Source of the DNA: a virus
Lineage: Duplodnaviria > Caudoviricetes
IMG/VR virus record: IMGVR_UViG_2597490202_000002
Span: 21,372-85,371 of that record
Reading direction: 5' to 3' (one strand)
DNA length: 64,000 nt
Shown here: one piece after another, positions 36,680 to 45,900 of the stretch
Layout: each line of letters starts with the position of its first letter
Position numbering within the stretch: the first letter of the stretch is position 1
Notes under the pieces: model-generated
Told to the model about the DNA's origin: nothing
Database searches by the model: none
The model's input: the letters and a program-made list of their open reading frames with translations, nothing else
Program-made: the position numbers and the translations under genes

Positions 36680-36865
36680 ATGTATTTTCAAATTTTCCAA
36701 GGTGTTAATGGTCAGTGGTATTGGCGATTGTGTCGCGTTTTGTCTAGTGGCTTGATTGATATTATTGCAACAAGCCATCAAGCCTATTCAGATAAATCTG
36801 TTTGTGAAATTGATATTATGAATGTCAAACTCACAAATGCTACAACGCCAATTCGTTATATTTAA
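36680..36865 (+). CDS. YegP/DUF1508-like protein
   Basis: FQIF...GQWYWRL...IIA.S...Y; AGGAG RBS. Confidence 0.75.
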   Translation: MYFQIFQGVNGQWYWRLCRVLSSGLIDIIATSHQAYSDKSVCEIDIMNVKLTNATTPIRYI

Positions 36866-36890
36866 CCTTAAGTCCTGTTAGAGCAGGGCT

Positions 36891-37178
36891 TTAAATCCGT
36901 ATCAACTCCCGACAACTACGTCTGATTTTCTCTTTGGCTCGAACTGTTGTTGGTTTGATTTTGCCTTTGTTGCAAGCGTAATTTGCAATATCAATCATTT
37001 TTTTGCTTGGTCTTTCAAGGCAGGCTATATCTACTCTTGAAAGGGTGTTAGCGGTCTGTTTTTTGCGATTTTTTGCGAACATTCTCGCTAGTCTGCCAGC
37101 TTTACCCGTTGTGCGAACTTCTGCTTTTTCGCAGTATTTGTTGCTTGTTGGGTTACGTTCGATAATGATTTTAGTCAT
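36891..37178 (-). CDS. Basic protein in lambda N position (candidate antiterminator)
   Basis: First gene after pL and boxA; Arg/Lys-rich; GAGG RBS. Confidence 0.5.
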   Translation of the reverse strand: MTKIIIERNPTSNKYCEKAEVRTTGKAGRLARMFAKNRKKQTANTLSRVDIACLERPSKKMIDIANYACNKGKIKPTTVRAKEKIRRSCRELIRI

Positions 37179-37379
37179 TGCCGTGTCCTCTGTTTGTTGC
37201 CATTCATAGCGACACTTGTCTAACATTTCCTTTCCGATCTCAATTCGTTGTAGATAAATCCGCATTGATGTGAGATGTTCCAGTTCTCTGTAAATGTCGC
37301 TATGAATAGCAATTCCTGTTTGCCTCAGCCCCACTGGTACAGGCGACCAACCTTGTTTGGTGATGTGGGTTATTCGTGT

Positions 37380-37491
37380 TGTTAAAGAGCATTGAGCCGT
37401 AGCTCGTTTTGATGGGTGTATAATACACTATGTATTTTATAAGTAAATACCAAATGTATTATTTTTCGCAATAAAAAATACAAAATGTATT
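37380..37491 (-). promoter_or_regulatory. oL: three AATAC-N5-GTATT operators plus boxA GCTCTTTAACA
   Basis: Palindromes at 37422, 37446 and 37477; boxA at 37380-37390. Confidence 0.78.
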
Positions 37492-37699
37492 TAATTGATT
37501 GATTTTAAAGGAAAATAAATTTTGTGAAGTGTGTTTGATTGCTTGTTTTTTAATCATTTTCTTGGTGTCAGGAAGATGTTTTTGCAAAAAAATGATGGAA
37601 TGTTACCGCTTGTTGTGAGTGTTAGGTGGGGGTAGTTAGTGTAGTATGGAGTAGTTAGTAGTAGATTTTAGGCAAAAGAAAACCGCCACAAATGGCGGT

Positions 37700-38170
37700 T
37701 TAGGTCTGTTCTTCTTTCATTACTTTCTCTGCGATGTCAAAAATTAATTTTTGAATGGTGAGGAAGTTGATAATGAAGTAAATTAAGCTAATCAAAGAAA
37801 ACAACAATGCGACAGTTTCTGGATTGAATATTATTGTAAGTTCAATCGCAGAAAGCGTATGGCTATGAACAATCTGACTTATTAAGAAGGTGATTGTTGC
37901 TAGTGAGAAATACATCAAAAAGCTATTTCTTACATTTGCGATGTTTTCTTTGACCCGTTTAAATATCTGTGGATTTTTAATGGCACTTGGATTAAAGGTA
38001 CAAACGATCCCCATTCCAATAGAAAACATAATGCCAGATAATGTGTAAATGGTGGGCACAACAGCCTTATACACACCTTCTTCGGGTGTGTATAAGGAAG
38101 ATAGAACCAATGCACCTACTAATGTAGTAAGGCTAACGACAATCCATTTAATTTTTACCTGCATTTTCAA
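37700..38170 (-). CDS. Four-TM membrane protein in rexB position
   Basis: Four hydrophobic segments; overlaps upstream gene. Confidence 0.78.
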   Translation of the reverse strand: MKMQVKIKWIVVSLTTLVGALVLSSLYTPEEGVYKAVVPTIYTLSGIMFSIGMGIVCTFNPSAIKNPQIFKRVKENIANVRNSFLMYFSLATITFLISQIVHSHTLSAIELTIIFNPETVALLFSLISLIYFIINFLTIQKLIFDIAEKVMKEEQT

Positions 38171-39095
38171 GTTCTTTTATAAAAAGCTCCATTTGTTGGA
38201 AAAGTGTCTGTTCGTTTAGTTTTCCCGTATCTGTGGTATCTACTTCGACCTGTTTTGTTCTTTGAAGTTCACTGCCAGTTACCGATGTACCATTACGAGT
38301 TTTGAATGAGATATTATCTAAATCAGACACAGGTTTCAACATTGCTGAAAAAACTTTCTTAATCTGATCTGGTGAGTTTTTGGTCGGTTTCTTAATTTGT
38401 ATAAGTAACTTAGCGGAAACAAGTTGACTGAAATCAATATCATCAAAATCTTCGGCATCGACAAAGAATTCTTTGATATGTTCAACTGCAAGGTGAGTAA
38501 TATCTTTAAACCGAGAAACCATTGATGACCCTGAATTGTCTTGTTGCGTTGCATCAAGATTTACACTGTTATCGTTATTAGGATCTTGAATAACAAAGGA
38601 TCGAATATTACTTAAATCATATTCTTCTTTTAGTTCAATCACAGGATTGAGTTCGATTAATTCATTTAGTAGCCAGTTTAGGTAGGTTTGTAAGCGTGTA
38701 ATCGTCGTTCTTCCTGGTAAATTTGTTACTACAAAACGATTGGAAAGTAAAAAATAGTAGTGGTTTTTATAGATGGCACTGGTATTAAGTTTTGTATTGA
38801 GTAAATCGCTGATCGAAAAATTGGCTTTTTGAAAGAGCTTTTCATCAATATGCTGCACATTATCCCCTGGTGCAATCCGTAGCATTGTGGCAAAAACCAA
38901 TTGGTCTTTCTCTGTATTGAAGTGAGAGATTAAATCTTCTTCTTTTTTCGGGTCATCTTCACTTAACAGCATTCTTCTTTCATTGCTCGATTGTGAATTA
39001 TCGAGTTTCTGCTTTAATAAAACCGCAATTTGAAGAGGTTTGCTCACTGTGTTATTTACAATTTCAAAGGCTCTAAGTTTTACTTGTTTGTTCAT
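38148..39095 (-). CDS. Soluble 315-aa protein in rexA position
   Basis: Directly downstream of cI on the same strand. Confidence 0.8.
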   Translation of the reverse strand: MNKQVKLRAFEIVNNTVSKPLQIAVLLKQKLDNSQSSNERRMLLSEDDPKKEEDLISHFNTEKDQLVFATMLRIAPGDNVQHIDEKLFQKANFSISDLLNTKLNTSAIYKNHYYFLLSNRFVVTNLPGRTTITRLQTYLNWLLNELIELNPVIELKEEYDLSNIRSFVIQDPNNDNSVNLDATQQDNSGSSMVSRFKDITHLAVEHIKEFFVDAEDFDDIDFSQLVSAKLLIQIKKPTKNSPDQIKKVFSAMLKPVSDLDNISFKTRNGTSVTGSELQRTKQVEVDTTDTGKLNEQTLFQQMELFIKELENAGKN

Positions 39096-39134
39096 TTTTT
39101 CTTCCCATCATCTACCAATAAAATTCAACAGTTG

Positions 39135-39788
39135 CTACAAGTAGCTTCTATGCTCAACCGCTACGCCTATAATACGAATGTCTTGTTTCATTGAACTGAG
39201 AGTTGGGAAATCTTGATTTAATGGCACTAGCTCAAAATGTGGATTGCCTGATGGTGATAACTCTCCAAGTTCACGATAACGTTTTAAGGTCGCTTCGCCA
39301 TTGCCATTTACTGCTGCAACAAAATCGCCAGGATGTGGGCGTTTTCTGACATCAATCAACACTAAATCCCCTTCGCTGAATTTAGGCTCCATAGACATTC
39401 CTGACACTCGTAAAAAAAACGCATTTGGACCTGCGTCAATTTCTGTATCAATATAGTCATAGCCTTCTGAGTCTCTAAAATCATAAGTTTCTGTCCACAT
39501 ACCAGCTTGAATAGAGCTAACAAGAGGATAAGCTCGAGATTTTTTTACAGAAGTTGGGGTTATATTTGGATCGAAATCCTCAATAGTACCATCACCATTT
39601 AAGATAACCTTATTCACTCCTGTTAGATTTATCATTTGAGCAACTTCATTTACATTAGGCATTCTTCTTCCTGTAAGCCAATGACCAATAGCTCCCTGAG
39701 TCTTCCCCATTGATTCTGCAATATCATCTTGTCTTAGATTTTGCTCTTGCATTTTTTCACGTACATATTGGTTCCATTGTTTTTTCAT
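39135..39788 (-). CDS. cI: CI-like repressor (HTH plus S24 peptidase)
   Basis: HTH; QAG cleavage site; V.G.SM.P and T.KR catalytic motifs. Confidence 0.93.
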   Translation of the reverse strand: MKKQWNQYVREKMQEQNLRQDDIAESMGKTQGAIGHWLTGRRMPNVNEVAQMINLTGVNKVILNGDGTIEDFDPNITPTSVKKSRAYPLVSSIQAGMWTETYDFRDSEGYDYIDTEIDAGPNAFFLRVSGMSMEPKFSEGDLVLIDVRKRPHPGDFVAAVNGNGEATLKRYRELGELSPSGNPHFELVPLNQDFPTLSSMKQDIRIIGVAVEHRSYL

Positions 39789-39820
39789 ACTACACCCACC
39801 TGAACAAAAATTAACTAATT

Positions 39821-39895
39821 ATTACTTACCGTATTAAATATTCAAAATACAAAAAGTATTTTGTTTTTGACTTTATAAAATACCTTATGTATTAT
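39821..39895 (+). promoter_or_regulatory. oR: three A(A/T)TAC-N5-GTATT operators overlapping pR (TTGACT-17-TATTAT)
   Basis: Palindromes at 39821, 39846 and 39879 match the oL consensus. Confidence 0.8.
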
Positions 39896-39923
39896 TAATG
39901 CATTTTTAATACAGGAGCTAAAA

Positions 39924-40130
39924 ATGAACAGAATTTCTGAGTTCAGAAAAGCTGCCAACCTTACTCAAGTCGAAATCGCTAAATTGATCAATAAAACTCA
40001 AGGTGCTTTTGGTCATTACGAAACTGGCTTGAGAGAGCCGTCACTTAGTACAGCAAAAAAGATTGTGCGAGTACTTAATGAACACGGTGTTGCTTGTTCT
40101 TTAGACGACGTTTTCCCTGTTGGCAGTTAA
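39924..40130 (+). CDS. cro: Cro-like repressor
   Basis: HTH protein divergent from cI. Confidence 0.88.
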   Translation: MNRISEFRKAANLTQVEIAKLINKTQGAFGHYETGLREPSLSTAKKIVRVLNEHGVACSLDDVFPVGS

Positions 40131-40150
40131 TTTACCCAAAGGAGTGCGCA

Positions 40151-40426
40151 ATGGCACGCAATGAATTAAGCAAGTCTGCAATGAAGAATGCGGACTTAAT
40201 CAGACAGAAGGCATCAGAGACGAAAGATGCTCAAGCGGCAGAATATGTTGGTGTAGATGCATCAACGATTTGTCGTTTTAAGGCAGAACATTTAGACAAA
40301 TTCTGTGCTTACCTTGATTTTTTAGAATTGGAAGTATCAGAGAAAGGTTTAAATCGTTTGACAGACAGTGAACTGGATGCCCTCAAGCTATTTGCAGAGA
40401 AGGGCGTTCATGCTATTGGAAAATAA
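40151..40426 (+). CDS. cII: CII-like regulator
   Basis: AE.VGVD.STI.R HTH; follows cro. Confidence 0.75.
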   Translation: MARNELSKSAMKNADLIRQKASETKDAQAAEYVGVDASTICRFKAEHLDKFCAYLDFLELEVSEKGLNRLTDSELDALKLFAEKGVHAIGK

Positions 40427-40469
40427 AAACCCACGCTGCAACGTGGGTTAGTTACGGAGGTTTTCACTT

Positions 40470-40652
40470 ATGAATGAACATCATACCGAGTTGCATTCTA
40501 GCGAAAAATCGTCCTTTTGGCAAGAGATGGAGTATCGAAAGCGATGTTATGCCGAACTAGAGCGTCGTAATTTTGCAGGTAACGTGGACTATGACGAGAT
40601 TTTTAACCAGATTGATAAGGATTTAAGCGATGAATGCAGTAGTAAAAGTTAA
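40470..40652 (+). CDS. Hypothetical protein
   Basis: GGAGG RBS; overlaps replication gene. Confidence 0.55.
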   Translation: MNEHHTELHSSEKSSFWQEMEYRKRCYAELERRNFAGNVDYDEIFNQIDKDLSDECSSKS

Positions 40653-41520
40653 AGAAACACCGATTTTTAAGTTAGGCGAAAACAGACAATCACAAGAGGC
40701 TAGGAAAGTGAGTGTTGATGATGGATTTACGGCAATTCCAAATGAGCTTCTAAAGGCAATTTTACGCTCAAAAGTATTGGGCTGGAAAGGCTCTTACTTG
40801 TTGGCAACCATTCTTAAAACGCTTTCTTGGCATAAAGAAAGTGATTGGTTTACTCACTCTCAAGTCTGCGAAATGATGGGCATTGAACCAACAAAATATC
40901 ATGTCAATCAACTTTCAGCAGCACGTAAAGAGCTTATCAAAGAGCAAGTCTTATTTGAAGATGGTAAAAAAACGGGTGTAAATCTAGATGTTTTTAACTG
41001 GGAAATGGTGAATCCCGAAAAAGTAGGGAGTTCCCGAAATAATAGGGAATTAGTTCCCGAAATTGTAGGGAATAAGTATCCCGAAAAAGTAGGGAACACA
41101 AAAGAAACTATTACAAAAGAAAAAATAAATAATACCCCCTTACCCCCTAAAGGGGAATCGGCTATCGCCGATGAACAACCGCAAGCGGTGAAATGTGAAC
41201 AACATTCTGCAAAACCAGAAAAGATTAAATCACCGCCTATGGACTATCAGGCGGTAGCTGATTTGTATAACCAAGCTAATCAGAATTCGGGTTCAAGATT
41301 GCCGATGGTGGAAAAAATCAATGATGCTCGTCGGAAAGGGATTAAAAAATTAATGGCTGAGCTTAGAGAGCCAAGTTTGGAATGTGCTGAGCTGTATTTC
41401 AATGCGTTGTTTGCAAGCCTGCGGCCGTTTCATACGGGTGAAAATGGCGGTTGGGTGGCTAATTTTGATTGGGCAATTCGCCCTGCGACGGTGCTGAAAG
41501 TTCGTGAAGGAGCGTTGTGA
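40630..41520 (+). CDS. Replication initiator (lambda O-like)
   Basis: DDGFT.IPN.L, W.K..DW; internal iterons; W.ANFDW. Confidence 0.85.
   Translation: MNAVVKVKETPIFKLGENRQSQEARKVSVDDGFTAIPNELLKAILRSKVLGWKGSYLLATILKTLSWHKESDWFTHSQVCEMMGIEPTKYHVNQLSAARKELIKEQVLFEDGKKTGVNLDVFNWEMVNPEKVGSSRNNRELVPEIVGNKYPEKVGNTKETITKEKINNTPLPPKGESAIADEQPQAVKCEQHSAKPEKIKSPPMDYQAVADLYNQANQNSGSRLPMVEKINDARRKGIKKLMAELREPSLECAELYFNALFASLRPFHTGENGGWVANFDWAIRPATVLKVREGAL
41013..41096 (+). repeat. Four replication-origin iterons TCCCGAAA-N3-TAGGGA
   Basis: Four direct repeats inside the O-like gene, followed by an A-rich tract. Confidence 0.85.
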
Positions 41521-42875
41521 TGTCTGAAAATCTGCGAAAAATCACTTACGAGGTCGAGGTAAGTACCGTTGGTTCTCTGTTGAATGGTGGATTGACGGCT
41601 CAGGCGAGAGAGGTGTTGAGTTGGTTAAAACCTGAGATGTTTTTGACGTTCAAGCTAGGTGAAATCTATTCAAACATTCAACGCCAAGCGAGCAAGGATA
41701 ATCTGATTGATATGTTGTTACTGAGTTCTGAGTACGGTGTTCAGCTTGCCGATATGGCGGAAACCATAAAATCAGTGGTGTCTGCATCAAACTTAACGGG
41801 ATATGCTACGAAGGTTTTTAATTTCTATCAGCGTAGAGAAGTGTTGAAAGTACTTGTGAGCCTTGCTGGTGAGTTGAATTTAGCTCGTGATGAACAGTTA
41901 GATGCGATTGCAACAAAGGGCGTTGAGCATATTTCTGCGTTGCTGAATAAGAGTGCGAGTGTTGCACCTGCGGGAATGGGGAGTTTGCTTGATGGCTATT
42001 ATCAACTACTGCAAGACAGGCATAAACCTGAATTTAAACAGCGTTTGTTGTTTACTGGTATTCAAGCCTTGGATGACATTTTGCAAGGCATTGATGAAAC
42101 CGATATTTGTGTCGTTGGTGGGCGGTCTGGTAATGGTAAAACCGAAACGGCAATTACGTTTACGAAAAACATTTTAGAGCAAGGTGGTTCGGTGTTGTTT
42201 TTCTCTCTTGAGATGAGCAGACAACAAATTATGGATCGTCTGATTGCCAGTGCAAGCGGTGTTAATTCTGCAAAACTTCGTAATCCTGAATGGTTGAGTG
42301 ATGAAGATTTTGCTCGAATGAGTGAGGCTACAAGTGTGATGAAAGATCAAAAGCTCTTTGTGGTGGATAAAGGAGCTTTGTCTGTTGAAGAGATTACGGC
42401 GATCACAGAAAGGCATTTGGCTGAGCATAAAAAGTTAAATGCAGTGGTGGTTGATTATATTGGTTTGGTTAATCATGGGGCGTTAGATGGGCGAGTGAAC
42501 CGTACTTATCAGATCGGAGAAACCGTAGAGCGATTAAAGGCATTTTCTAAACAAGTTCACGTCCCGTTTATTTTACTTTCGCAGTTAAGCCGAGATGCAG
42601 AGGGTTCTACCCCAAATAATGCAAACTTGAGTGATTCCAAGGCGTTAGAGAATGTTGCAAGCCAAATCATTATGGTTCACAACCAGCGAGATAAGGAAAC
42701 AAATGAACCTGCGAGATATACGCATTGGATTGTGACAAAGAACCGTAACGGCAAGGTTGGGACTGCTTATGTTGAGTTCCAAAATGGACGATTTATTGAA
42801 TGTGATCAGGCATTGGCTTGGGAATCTTTCCAGAAGAAAAATGAACAACAGAGAAGAGCGAATAAGGGGTTTTAG
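41517..42875 (+). CDS. Phage DnaB-like replicative helicase
   Basis: GRSGNGKT, FSLEMS, VVDYIGL, LSQLSR, KNRNG. Confidence 0.92.
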   Translation: MMSENLRKITYEVEVSTVGSLLNGGLTAQAREVLSWLKPEMFLTFKLGEIYSNIQRQASKDNLIDMLLLSSEYGVQLADMAETIKSVVSASNLTGYATKVFNFYQRREVLKVLVSLAGELNLARDEQLDAIATKGVEHISALLNKSASVAPAGMGSLLDGYYQLLQDRHKPEFKQRLLFTGIQALDDILQGIDETDICVVGGRSGNGKTETAITFTKNILEQGGSVLFFSLEMSRQQIMDRLIASASGVNSAKLRNPEWLSDEDFARMSEATSVMKDQKLFVVDKGALSVEEITAITERHLAEHKKLNAVVVDYIGLVNHGALDGRVNRTYQIGETVERLKAFSKQVHVPFILLSQLSRDAEGSTPNNANLSDSKALENVASQIIMVHNQRDKETNEPARYTHWIVTKNRNGKVGTAYVEFQNGRFIECDQALAWESFQKKNEQQRRANKGF

Positions 42876-42952
42876 GTGAGTTTGGATTTTATTAAGAAGG
42901 TAGGTGGGTATTTTAGAAAAGAGCAGGTTGGTAGGTAAGGAGGTTGGTAGGT

Positions 42953-43381
42953 ATGGAGCATAAGCAAAAATACTTTTTACGCACTGAGCAAATCAAAAAC
43001 AATGCCCTTGAATTTGTGAAAGCGTTGCCGATAGATGAGAAAAAGCCGTTAGTGATTGATGTGAAGCCTATTACTCGTAACCTTGAGCAAAATGCCAAAT
43101 TCCACGCAATGTGCGGCGATATTGCTAAACAGGTGCAATTTAACGGCGAATGGCTACCGCTTGAAGCGTGGAAGGTTCTTTTAATTTCTGCTCACGCAGA
43201 AGCAACGAAAGAAGGCTCTCGTTTGGTAACAGGTTTAGAGGGTGAATTAGTGAATATCCGTGAAAGCACTGCTGACATGAGCGTAAAACGAATGGCAAGT
43301 TTAATCGAATATGCAACTTCGTGGGGTGTTTCTAATGGGGTGCATTTTAATGACAGATGGAATTTTTGGGGGGTGAAATGA
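42953..43381 (+). CDS. ninB: NinB/Orf recombination protein
   Basis: RNLEQNAKFHAM..DIA.Q; ST..MS......LIE. Confidence 0.85.
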   Translation: MEHKQKYFLRTEQIKNNALEFVKALPIDEKKPLVIDVKPITRNLEQNAKFHAMCGDIAKQVQFNGEWLPLEAWKVLLISAHAEATKEGSRLVTGLEGELVNIRESTADMSVKRMASLIEYATSWGVSNGVHFNDRWNFWGVK

Positions 43382-43731
43382 TGGAAATTAAATCTTTTTC
43401 TTTTGGAAAATTAATTGCGGATTTAGCTATTGTTGGTGGCTTTGTTTATTCGCACTTGTATCTCACGGATAGTGCAGTAGTAAATGTTTATATTTGGGCT
43501 TTCTGGGCATTTTCTATTTTAACTTTAATGTCTGCGTTTATTAAGCCCACTAAGTTTTTGTTCACGGAAAACAGAGCCAAGCAAATGATTATAAGTGAGT
43601 TAACTATTAGCTTGGTCTTGGTTTATTTTGGGTATCCAGTATTAGCTACGGTCGGTTTTATATCAACTCTTGCTTATGCTGGCTGTAGAACTGTAAAGAA
43701 CAACAAGAAAACAGGTAAACACAATGAGTAG
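43378..43731 (+). CDS. Hypothetical membrane protein
   Basis: Several hydrophobic segments. Confidence 0.6.
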   Translation: MMEIKSFSFGKLIADLAIVGGFVYSHLYLTDSAVVNVYIWAFWAFSILTLMSAFIKPTKFLFTENRAKQMIISELTISLVLVYFGYPVLATVGFISTLAYAGCRTVKNNKKTGKHNE

Positions 43732-43904
43732 TTACTTCTGCCCAAACTGCCAATCAATTCTTAAAGACTGGCGTAGGTTTTCTGAAAAAGTCAGAGATTG
43801 ATAAGGTAAAACCGTTTGAATGTACTGGCTTGAAGTGCACTAAGCGGTGGAGTGAGGAAGAATTGGAGGCATTTAATGATAAAGCCGAAAGTGAAAAAGC
43901 GTAA
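43724..43904 (+). pseudogene. Small zinc-ribbon ORF frameshifted in an A5 run
   Basis: CPNC in one frame and CTGLKC..RW in the next. Confidence 0.4.
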
Positions 43905-44445
43905 ATGCAAATGCTGTGGTGGTGAGTTTAAGTCTGCGGATAGCTTTAGAAAATGGTGTAGTGCTGAATGTGGTGTGAAACTTGCCAAAATAGCCCAAGA
44001 GAAAGCTCGTCAGAAAGCCATAGAAAAGCGAAATCGAGAAGAAAGGGCAAAGATTAAAGCAACGAGAGAACGCTTAAAATCTCGTTCTGAATGGCTTAAA
44101 GACGCTCAGGCTGTTTTTAATGAATACATTCGTTTACGAGATAAAGATGAGCCTTGTATTTCGTGTCAGCGTTTTCATCAAGGGCAGTATCACGCAGGGC
44201 ATTATCGCACGGTAAAAGCGATGCCAGAGCTGAGATTTAATGAGGACAATGTTCATAAACAATGTAGTGCTTGTAACAATCATTTGAGCGGAAATATCAC
44301 AGAATACCGTATCAACCTTGTACGTAAAATCGGGGCAGAGCGAGTAGAAGCATTGGAAAGCTATCACCCTCCTGTGAAGTGGTCGGCTGAGGATTGTAAG
44401 GAAATTATTAAAACGTATAGGGCGAAGATTAAGGGGTTGAAATGA
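43876..44445 (+). CDS. ninG: NinG/Rap endonuclease
   Basis: FNEYIRLRD..PCISC, AGHY, LRFNEDN.H.QC..CN. Confidence 0.9.
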   Translation: MIKPKVKKRKCKCCGGEFKSADSFRKWCSAECGVKLAKIAQEKARQKAIEKRNREERAKIKATRERLKSRSEWLKDAQAVFNEYIRLRDKDEPCISCQRFHQGQYHAGHYRTVKAMPELRFNEDNVHKQCSACNNHLSGNITEYRINLVRKIGAERVEALESYHPPVKWSAEDCKEIIKTYRAKIKGLK

Positions 44446-44819
44446 TTAGATTGCATATCAGCATTGACGATATTCTACGCGTTTGGGTCCGTCGTTGGGC
44501 TTCTCATCGTGGGTGTCGTGGTTATCCATCATTACAATCTTTTATGCGTGAGGCAACTGCTCAAATTACAAAGTATAGTATTGATGAACTGTCAGAGGAA
44601 CAGTATCTTAAGCTAGATGAAGCTGTGATGACATTACACGATTTGAATTTGGAAGCCTATCAGGTGCTAATGGCGGTGTTTTTACAGGGGCAGGATAAGA
44701 AGAATATTTGTCTTGAAATGCAGATCTCACCGAGAACCTATGACAACCGTTTACGCACCGCACGAGATTTTATGGAAGGGGCGGTATTTGGCTCGGGGTT
44801 GATTAGACTGAAGTTTTAG
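44442..44819 (+). CDS. Late antiterminator Q-like
   Basis: Follows ninG and precedes pR'; C-terminal HTH with ..A.DFMEG. Confidence 0.7.
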   Translation: MIRLHISIDDILRVWVRRWASHRGCRGYPSLQSFMREATAQITKYSIDELSEEQYLKLDEAVMTLHDLNLEAYQVLMAVFLQGQDKKNICLEMQISPRTYDNRLRTARDFMEGAVFGSGLIRLKF

Positions 44820-44827
44820 GCGTATTG

Positions 44828-45046
44828 CTACGCCTGATGTTGCCGATAAATTTCACAAAGTTTTTTAATGGCTTCGGCTTTCGTTCCACCGATTTCAGCA
44901 AGTACTGACGCAAATTCGTCCGCAATAGGCGTTTCCATACGCACAGAAAATTGCTTAACCTTGCCTTCAGCAAGCATACGTTTGTTATATTCGTTCGCAG
45001 TTTTAGAACGAAGTTTGCGAGAATGTTCAGTCATTGAATTTGCCAT
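44828..45046 (-). CDS. Small DNA-binding (RHH-like) protein
   Basis: YNK....KQFSVRM...F...L..IGG.K.EAIK.L. Confidence 0.65.
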   Translation of the reverse strand: MANSMTEHSRKLRSKTANEYNKRMLAEGKVKQFSVRMETPIADEFASVLAEIGGTKAEAIKKLCEIYRQHQA

Positions 45047-45134
45047 AGTTACCTACTTGATTTTTTAAAACGTTGGTTGTATAGTTTAGGAACTGCCTAG
45101 CAGTGGGGGCAACCACCGCTAGGACTTTATCTGA

Positions 45135-45197
45135 TTAGTAAGCTGATGAGCTTAACACAATCAGAATTAAGAAGATGATGATTTGATAGGTTTTCAT
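45135..45197 (-). CDS. 20-aa Ibs-like peptide MKTYQIIIFLILIVLSSSAY
   Basis: AGGA RBS; promoter TTGATA-17-TATAAT at 45300-45272; antisense promoter at 45057-45085. Confidence 0.68.
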   Translation of the reverse strand: MKTYQIIIFLILIVLSSSAY

Positions 45198-45342
45198 CGT
45201 CTTAGTTCCTATTTTTAGTTGAGCGGTGAAAGCCGCTCTTCTTATTTCCGCCCTATTGCGAAAACAAATATATTATAATTTACAAATAATAATTTATCAA
45301 GAATTATTTGTAAGTTTTCAGATTTTCATTCAAGGTTATCAA

Positions 45343-45519
45343 ATGTTTAACTTCAGAAAACAAAAGCAACAAGTTGAGCTAATTGAGCAATTACAAGCAG
45401 AAATTGAGGAACTAAAAGCAGAAAACTACCGCTTGAGAGATTTGCTTTCAAGAGAGTGGCAAGAAAAACGCCGTTTTATGAAGATGATAAACGGCAAAAA
45501 GAAAATTGCCACAGATTAA
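45343..45519 (+). CDS. Small coiled-coil protein
   Basis: MFNFRKQK..; AAGGT RBS. Confidence 0.45.
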   Translation: MFNFRKQKQQVELIEQLQAEIEELKAENYRLRDLLSREWQEKRRFMKMINGKKKIATD

Positions 45520-45571
45520 TCAACAACGATTATCTGTGAAGTCGTGTGAATTTTAATTGTTCAAAAAGTGA

Positions 45572-45684
45572 TTGACGTCGTGCGAGAAAAGTAGTACATT
45601 TCAGCTATGCTTGCAACTCGTACAAGCGAGAGAAAGCGAAATGATTTTGTAGCCCTGATCGGAAACGGTCGGGGCTTTTTGTTT
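45572..45684 (+). promoter_or_regulatory. Late promoter pR' (TTGACG-17-TACATT) with terminator tR'
   Basis: Hairpin AGCCCTGATC..GGTCGGGGCT plus T-run at 45651-45684. Confidence 0.62.
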
Positions 45685-45900
45685 GGGGGTTAGGATGGAA
45701 CAACGAGATATTCTGTTAAAAAACGGTGAAGTAGTTCAAGAAAAATCTCAATGTCACTATGCCGCTGGCTGGCCATCTCGACGTATATCAGACTGCGTTC
45801 CTCACTTCCAAAATAGGAAAATTTATCCATTTGCCGGCAATAATGACGTACCACAAGATTAAACATATCTAGTGGTACTGAGTAAATTTGATAAAGGTTA

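Noticed and set aside
41013-41096. Repeats as a novel array
   Set aside because: Explained as lambda-type origin iterons inside the O-like gene
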